Assembly (NCBI GenBank): GCA_018985225.1
Contig: JADGIF010000191.1
Span: 1 to 15,440, forward strand
Length of the DNA stretch: 15,440 nt
Source: Amoeboradix gromovi X-113
Taxonomy: Eukaryota > Fungi > Sanchytriomycota
Direction of reading: 5' to 3'
A model generated the notes under the pieces. The model was not told the DNA's origin. It saw only the letters and a list, made by a program, of their open reading frames with translations, and did no database searches. Position 1 is the first letter of the stretch; every line of letters starts with the position of its first letter. Shown here piece by piece: positions 10,071 through 15,440 of this stretch. Made by a program: the position numbers and the translations under genes.

Positions 10071-10388
10071 ATGGACGGTCAAGACTTGCAGCGCTTACAA
10101 CATATTGCGGAAGTCGAAATGCAAGAAAAGTTACAAGAGACAACCTCTGAATCTGAAGATGGAAGTGTGGAATCCATGACAATCTTGCAAGAAGAAATTG
10201 AAATGTTGGAAACAGATCCGCAAGGCAAACCTGAGATTCTTACAACCAAAACTCGTGGTAAGAAGATTGATTTCAAATTAGCTGAGCAGAGAATGAGTGA
10301 AGAAATCAACTTGTTCAATTCTAAAAACAATCTTGATCCAATGGAAGTGGAGGACGAGGATGAAGAATATGTTGCTGCTGAAGAATAA
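10071..10388 (+). CDS. Hypothetical acidic protein (true 5' end uncertain; frame open from 9969)
   Basis: 105-aa Glu-rich ORF; AATAAA overlaps the stop as in the ATPase gene; stop is 7 bp from the convergent COG2 stop. Confidence 0.55.
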   Translation: MDGQDLQRLQHIAEVEMQEKLQETTSESEDGSVESMTILQEEIEMLETDPQGKPEILTTKTRGKKIDFKLAEQRMSEEINLFNSKNNLDPMEVEDEDEEYVAAEE

Positions 10389-10395
10389 ATGTATT

Positions 10396-12390
10396 TTACT
10401 TAAAGTAAGCGGCCATGTCAGCAACAAACGCCTTCATTATTGGTAACTCAGCCTCATACTCCTTTATTAACTCTATGTTAGTTTGCTTTAGCTCAAACTC
10501 GATGTTTGTACGGGTGCTGAATATTCCGGAATACATAGTGCAGCAGTCTACGTAAATCTGGGCTCTCATTTTGTCCTCATCCGAAATGCCAGTCGTGTTA
10601 GATTTCTTCTTGAATCTCTTTAAACTTTCTTCTGTTTTCCGAATTGTTGCTAGCACTTGGTTTGCAATGTCTATTATGATCAGCACAAGTTCTTCCTTAA
10701 CTTTGTCATTACTGTATATGTTAGTGCTGTAAATCTTTTTAATTTCCAACTCCAGGTTTGCATAGTGACTGAACAACGGGTTGAGCAACTTAGTAAACTC
10801 GATCACGTATGAGGAAGGTACAGTACTTACTTCTTTAGAACCCATTCTTACGATACTTGGTATATTCCTTATTTGTTGGATTACTGTCATAGTAACATCA
10901 ATGTGACGCCGTAAAGCACTTTGAGCAACTTTAACAAACAAACCCTGTAGCCTACTAAATCGCTGATTAATTAGTCTTTTGTACATTTCACTAACATTTA
11001 CTGGAACAGATGTATGAGATATGTTGTTTAATTGTAGCAATATCTTTAGTAAGTCATCGAAAACCAACTCAATTACATTCATATTTAAATCATTATAGTT
11101 CTTTGTATTTTGAAGCAGATTGTCAAATACCAAGAACAGCAAATGAGTTGATATATCTAACGTCTGTGGCATTATTTGGATAGATTGTATCTTGTCCAGA
11201 CACTCATTTAATTTGCTAAAATACTCGAAATGAAAAGTGTTGTTTTTAACTACAGCAAGAGGGTCAAAATTTATCGACAGCTTCTTTGTTATTTCAGATT
11301 TTTGGACATTAGCAAAAGGAATAGGGTTGAACTTTCGCTTGTATACAATAAAACCAGGATGTGACTTGAATTCCTTTTCAAGCTGAAACGGATCGACGAA
11401 ATTAGATTTAAAAAATTGGATGAAGTACAACGATTTTTGGTAATCTTTGGTATAGTCTAAGTTATTTGAAGCCATGAGTTTCTGATCAGTTATGTGTTTT
11501 ACAACATTTTGAAAAATAAAATCTAAAACTAAAGCGACTCGCTCTTTGTGAGAGGCAAAAGGGTAGATAGTACGAGATACTAGTAAAGGGATGCCCTTGA
11601 GGTAGTTTTCAATGACCCCATATTTCATCTCAAAGTTTGATTGATTAACGCTGGCAGAAAGAGTTTTTTGAAGATCGGAAATCGGCTCAGCAATTAACTT
11701 GTTCAGTATTACAGGAAAGGCATCGGCCCATTTTCCCGACAATACAAGGCATTTAAATGCTATTTGTAAGCAATCTGCAAAGCCGTCTTGAACTGCAAAT
11801 TGAATTTTAAACTGCTGAAATAAATCGACCAAAAATCGACATTCCTGATCAATCAAGCTACGAAATGGCTCGTATTGCTTAATAAAGACTTGTTGTCTGT
11901 CTTCAGTAGACGACTCTATATACGACTTGGCCCTATTTGCAATTAATAAATAGTATTCCAGCATTTCTAGTTTAGCATAGTCTAGCATATCTATAGGCTT
12001 TTCTATCTTATTGTTTTTCAAGTAGTCCAAATCCAATTTTAAAAAGTGTTCATTCAGCAATATCTGTTTTTGCTGTTTAATCTTCACTAGTTTACCCTCT
12101 GGGCTCTCTGCATCTACATCTCCAGAAACCATAGAAGTATTCTTAATCATTTTATCTACAACTTGCAATTCTTCATCTATTTTATCACTTATGTTTAATC
12201 CTACATTAATCTTGTGCCCCAATTCCTGAAGCTTGTTATAATTCAAGTCCAATACAGATACTATATCCTTTTGTACTTGATCTAGGTACGAGTCCAATTG
12301 TTCTTCAAAATCCTTGGTTACTTCAAGTTCGTTTAGCACTTCATCTACATTAAACGCCTTGCTCTGAAATAGGTTGCGGTTGGTCAACAT
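10396..12390 (-). CDS. COG2: Conserved oligomeric Golgi complex subunit 2
   Basis: N-terminal FNVDEVL..LDSYL..IVSVLDLNY; C-terminal IRNIPSIVRMGSKEVSTVPSSYV and VLATIRKTEESLKRFKK..SDEDKMRAQIYVD, characteristic of COG2. Confidence 0.85.
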   Translation of the reverse strand: MLTNRNLFQSKAFNVDEVLNELEVTKDFEEQLDSYLDQVQKDIVSVLDLNYNKLQELGHKINVGLNISDKIDEELQVVDKMIKNTSMVSGDVDAESPEGKLVKIKQQKQILLNEHFLKLDLDYLKNNKIEKPIDMLDYAKLEMLEYYLLIANRAKSYIESSTEDRQQVFIKQYEPFRSLIDQECRFLVDLFQQFKIQFAVQDGFADCLQIAFKCLVLSGKWADAFPVILNKLIAEPISDLQKTLSASVNQSNFEMKYGVIENYLKGIPLLVSRTIYPFASHKERVALVLDFIFQNVVKHITDQKLMASNNLDYTKDYQKSLYFIQFFKSNFVDPFQLEKEFKSHPGFIVYKRKFNPIPFANVQKSEITKKLSINFDPLAVVKNNTFHFEYFSKLNECLDKIQSIQIMPQTLDISTHLLFLVFDNLLQNTKNYNDLNMNVIELVFDDLLKILLQLNNISHTSVPVNVSEMYKRLINQRFSRLQGLFVKVAQSALRRHIDVTMTVIQQIRNIPSIVRMGSKEVSTVPSSYVIEFTKLLNPLFSHYANLELEIKKIYSTNIYSNDKVKEELVLIIIDIANQVLATIRKTEESLKRFKKKSNTTGISDEDKMRAQIYVDCCTMYSGIFSTRTNIEFELKQTNIELIKEYEAELPIMKAFVADMAAYFK

Positions 12391-12587
12391 TTGGTTTCAA
12401 AAATCTAAAAATATCATTGCGCAGATCGATTGTCTTTATGAATAAATCATTTATCGCGAATTTGTATGCATTTTTGTACAATTTCAAGACTTTTCCAGAT
12501 TTTTCTAATAGCTTAAACACTCGATATTCTTCCTTTTCGCAAATGGTAAATCGATTCTAAACAAATAACTAACAGGTACAGCATACA

Positions 12588-12989
12588 AAGACGTATGATC
12601 TGATATACTTACCCTCGTTCAATACGAGCCAGATGCTAAGTAGCTTGTCGAGCAAGGTCGCAAGAAACATGGCTACAATGTCCCATTACGCATTCAAGGA
12701 ACTCTTGAAGTTCAAGTGTAAACAAAGAGGAAAGATGATGGTCGAAAGCAATGAATCATTTACTAGTCAGGCTTGTACAAGCTGTGGTACTATAAAGAAA
12801 TCCAATGTATGAACATACAGATGTACAAATTGTCATTTGAAGATAGATAGAGACGTATACATCAAGTATCTGCATTCTTATTCAATCCCGCCTCAGGGCA
12901 GTGAGAGCGTGAGCGATCACTGTAACGGAGAAACTAGCATTAGTTTCTCTATGGATATTCTCGATTTTCTCGGAAATCTGGACTTTTAA
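12588..12989 (+). pseudogene. Fanzor2 C-terminal fragment (RuvC-II region to RuvC-III)
   Basis: KTYDLIYLPSFNTSQMLSSLSSKVARNMATMSHYAFKELLKFKCKQRGKMMVESNESFTSQACTSCGTIKKSNV*TYRCTNCHLKIDRDV...; TGA at 12810-12812 and a 15-nt deletion after DRD relative to copy B. Confidence 0.92.
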
Positions 12990-12996
12990 CGAGGAG
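12870..12996 (+). ncRNA. Putative omegaRNA scaffold (copy C)
   Basis: Stems CCC/GGG (12887-12898), CAGTGA/TCACTG with GUGA tetraloop (12899-12922), GAGAAACTA/TAGTTTCTC (12928-12949); ends GAGGAG. Confidence 0.62.
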
Positions 12997-13155
12997 AGCA
13001 CTTTTAATTAAACATGACATATCATAATATTACCAGTAGTATCTTTCAATGGCACTAATTACTAAAAATTTTTGATCGTAGAGACTAAGAATGTTCTCTT
13101 TTCTCGCTTGTAGCAAACGGCCGAAAAGACATGGGCAGAATTTTATGAAGCATAT

Positions 13156-13254
13156 GAGTAGTAGAAGCATGAAAAAGCACTGTAACGAAGCGACAGGTGT
13201 TTGAGTTTCTCTGTACAAAGTTTATTATTTCTAGGAAACCAAGACTTTGATGAG
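13156..13254 (+). mobile_element. Copy E: diverged solo right end / omegaRNA-like relic
   Basis: Aligns to the copy B right end with two 1-nt gaps; anchors CACTGTAACG, AGTTTCTCTGT, TTTCT.GGAAA, GACTTT. Confidence 0.72.
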
Positions 13255-13279
13255 TTACTATATTTATTAACCAAACGTA

Positions 13280-15019
13280 CTAGTATTCGCTGTCCATTTC
13301 AATTACATGCACTATTTGACTACATTTATCTCCATTTTCCAGGTCTACCAGTCTTTTTAGTAGATCATCAACCACCATCTCTAATTTGGTCGGAAGTAGT
13401 AAATAAACGTGCTCAAAGTATACTTTACTGGACTGCTTAGCTAGCTGTCTGTATTTGTAACCTCTGACTATCTCATCAATTCTTTTAAATCTCAAGTCCT
13501 GTTCTGCAATGACTCTGGCCAAATCTATAATTTCCATCAAATCATGCGTGTTGCCCCCATTGTCTTTGTCATATATCCAATGCATCAATCTAATGTTAAC
13601 GCTGCCCATCCCATTTATTGACAAATGCTTAGTTCTGTTGAAATTAGGACATAATGATGGCAATACAACTGGCATCACATACACTTCCAATACTTTTTTA
13701 AGTCTATACTCCAACATTTCCATATAAGCGACAACCATTCTCATGTCCATAACACGTTCTACCAATGGTCCGCACATTAGTTTCTGACTAGTTAATATAG
13801 GAATGTCAGGGTAATGAACGAAAGCATAATAACCAACTATAATGAAGTTGCTAGCGTAATATAATGAATATTGATTTTCCACTAACTTATCGAGCACTTG
13901 GATAACCAGTAGACTCACAAATTGATTATCCAATGGAATACTACCGAGAAGTGCATCCAGATCGACAATGCCAGTATAGTATAGATTTAGATCATGGTAC
14001 ATGTTATTGGCATGATCAACGTTGATAAAGTTATGTGTAATCAGATTCAAAAGAGTAGTAGGATACTTTGAAAAGAACAAGTACAACGGATCTAATTTTG
14101 TATAAAAGCAAAGATTGTTAAAATTATCAAACAGCCAAGAGTTAGAATCAGTTAATATCAGAGACCATATCTGTCGAATTGATTTTGCACCATTGATTGA
14201 CCCAATACACAGGCTATCCCAGGATGTAGAGGGGGTCATAAGATTAGGCAAATTACTTGTAGATTCTGATAGATTGCAAGATTTAGCTGAGTTTGAGCTG
14301 GATATTGGGCTACCAAGAGAAGCTGATGTTAAAGAAAAGCTCAAGGTATGGTTGATTAACAGTAAAAAGCATGGATAGAAGTAGAAAGCAATTCCGACTG
14401 ATTTAAATGGTAATAACCTGTCCAGCAGATAGGCCAGTCTGGGGTGTTTACGGGTCAAGCTTTGTTTAGAATATATACAATTTGGAATACATATAGAGCA
14501 TATAGAGATATGCCAAGACGATATGTAATGGATGACATTATTAGTGTTAATCATCTTGCAGTTATCGTCTTTGGACTTACAAATTATACAGATCCGTGAT
14601 TCAACGTATTGCAGATACATTAGTTCCAACTGGGACCACCATTGATCTTTATGGGCAAGGAACATTACATCCTGAAAAGGGGACTTGGCAAATTGATAGC
14701 TTAATGACAAATGCGGATAAGACTTATCGGTCAGTAAGATGTCGTTTAGAAGAATAAATTTGTAAAACATGTGTTTACCTAATGGCTGTGTTAATAGGTG
14801 CAATCTTTTACAAGATATTCTTAGACGCATTATATCTACTATATCTAGCTTTTTAAGAATTTGCCACAACAAATCATCACCAATTATTAAAATTGAAGGG
14901 GATTGGCAACCATGATGAGAATGTCTTCTTTTATGACAATTTCGAATTTCAGCCATTGAAAAATCCAGAGATCGCGATTGTATTGATCTGGGATTGTGTT
15001 CTGCAAATCTAGTCATCAT
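13280..15019 (-). CDS. F-box domain protein with two CxxC motifs
   Basis: IGDDLLWQILKKLDIVDIMRLRISCKRLHLL fits an F-box; CIIC and CSIC follow; 579-aa uninterrupted ORF. Confidence 0.7.
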   Translation of the reverse strand: MMTRFAEHNPRSIQSRSLDFSMAEIRNCHKRRHSHHGCQSPSILIIGDDLLWQILKKLDIVDIMRLRISCKRLHLLTQPLGKHMFYKFILLNDILLTDKSYPHLSLSYQFAKSPFQDVMFLAHKDQWWSQLELMYLQYVESRICIICKSKDDNCKMINTNNVIHYISSWHISICSICIPNCIYSKQSLTRKHPRLAYLLDRLLPFKSVGIAFYFYPCFLLLINHTLSFSLTSASLGSPISSSNSAKSCNLSESTSNLPNLMTPSTSWDSLCIGSINGAKSIRQIWSLILTDSNSWLFDNFNNLCFYTKLDPLYLFFSKYPTTLLNLITHNFINVDHANNMYHDLNLYYTGIVDLDALLGSIPLDNQFVSLLVIQVLDKLVENQYSLYYASNFIIVGYYAFVHYPDIPILTSQKLMCGPLVERVMDMRMVVAYMEMLEYRLKKVLEVYVMPVVLPSLCPNFNRTKHLSINGMGSVNIRLMHWIYDKDNGGNTHDLMEIIDLARVIAEQDLRFKRIDEIVRGYKYRQLAKQSSKVYFEHVYLLLPTKLEMVVDDLLKRLVDLENGDKCSQIVHVIEMDSEY

Positions 15020-15159
15020 GTTTTATAATTACGACGCCACGCCATCAACAAAATTTATAGTTTCACCAAATAGGGGTTAAACAGCAACAAAATTATTTTG
15101 TTTGAACAAGTAATTATAGCTCTCATATATAAGATATCTTTTGCGGAAAATATTAAAAT

Positions 15160-15290
15160 ATCAAGCGTTTTTAAATGTATTGTAAGCTCTATTGAAATTA
15201 TTCTTGGTGCTAAGATATATCAGTAATTTCTCGAGTAAAAATATGCTGCAGATCTATTACCGGTTTTTTAAGATTTATCATACTCAGGAT
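15160..15290 (-). mobile_element. Copy G: highly decayed TnpA-HTH/Fanzor junction relic
   Basis: Collinear anchors with copy B (+ strand): TCAAGCGTTT 15161, ATTCTT 15200, ATGCTG 15243, AGATTT..CATA.TCAGGAT 15271-15290; the minus strand reads PEYDKS. Confidence 0.55.
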
Positions 15291-15440
15291 GGGATGATTG
15301 GAAACATTTGGGACACCAAATATAAAAACTAGACTGACTCGTTTTTAAAGGAGGTGCACCATACGCAGGAAATGCTATCATTAATAAAAGATCTTCTATT
15401 ATACCAATTTTCTTTCATTGATTGTATTCCTCTTTTCAAA

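Larger units (their letters stand above)
12406..12996 (+). mobile_element. Copy C: ~591-bp internally deleted IS607-like element with both ends and a different deletion junction (~12587)
   Basis: Shares left and right ends with copy B; keeps less TnpA and more Fanzor sequence. Confidence 0.9.

Noticed and set aside
9372-12812. In-frame TGA in both Fanzor fragments as evidence for an alternative genetic code or selenocysteine
   Set aside because: The TGAs fall at different codons in B and C, other disabling lesions are present, and host genes end normally in TGA, TAA and TAG.
9176-12996. Copies B and C as classical TIR MITEs, or as inverted ends of one composite transposon
   Set aside because: No terminal inverted repeats or target-site duplications were seen; each copy has its own left and right end, and the enclosed DNA includes the housekeeping gene COG2.
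13085-13110. Possible left-end remnant upstream of copy E (ATGTTCTCTTTTCTCGC)
   Set aside because: Only a short low-complexity match (13/17) without further collinear anchors.
13030-13440. ORFs 13030..13218 and 13201..13440 as genes
   Set aside because: They overlap element relic E and, for the second, the antisense of the F-box gene; no independent protein features.
579-14378. Short ORFs nested in or antisense to the long genes (579, 1364, 3058, 3498, 4018, 5078, 5630, 6226, 6758, 7807, 8197, 8618, 10079, 13509, 14115)
   Set aside because: Shadow frames of better-supported CDSs with no recognisable motifs.
1-15440. CRISPR array or bacterial contamination as source of the TnpB-like sequence
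   Set aside because: No regularly spaced short repeats; the copies are interleaved with intron-containing eukaryotic genes.

Overview
AT-rich, gene-dense eukaryotic DNA, most consistent with an early-diverging fungus or fungal relative (fungal-type Cdc24 next to a MICU1-like gene). Host genes: EEP/sphingomyelinase-like hydrolase, a small membrane protein (possibly Mic26/27-like), CDC24, a Drs2-type P4-ATPase, a MICU1-like EF-hand protein, an acidic hypothetical protein, COG2 and an F-box protein. The split ORFs of CDC24 and the P4-ATPase rejoin in frame through 19-, 19- and 20-nt GT-AG introns. The main hidden signal is that every large intergenic gap holds a copy or relic of one ~0.6-kb internally deleted IS607-like element (7 copies: A 1-259, F ~4290-4690, D ~8983-9175, B 9176-9789, C 12406-12996, E 13156-13254, G ~15160-15290). 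Its parts are a conserved left end, the N-terminal HTH of an IS607 TnpA, the C-terminus of a Fanzor2/TnpB nuclease, and a structured ~125-nt right end. Three copies end sharply at GAGGAG before a different flank each time, which is the architecture of omegaRNA scaffold+guide loci. All alignments, translations and folds were done by eye.
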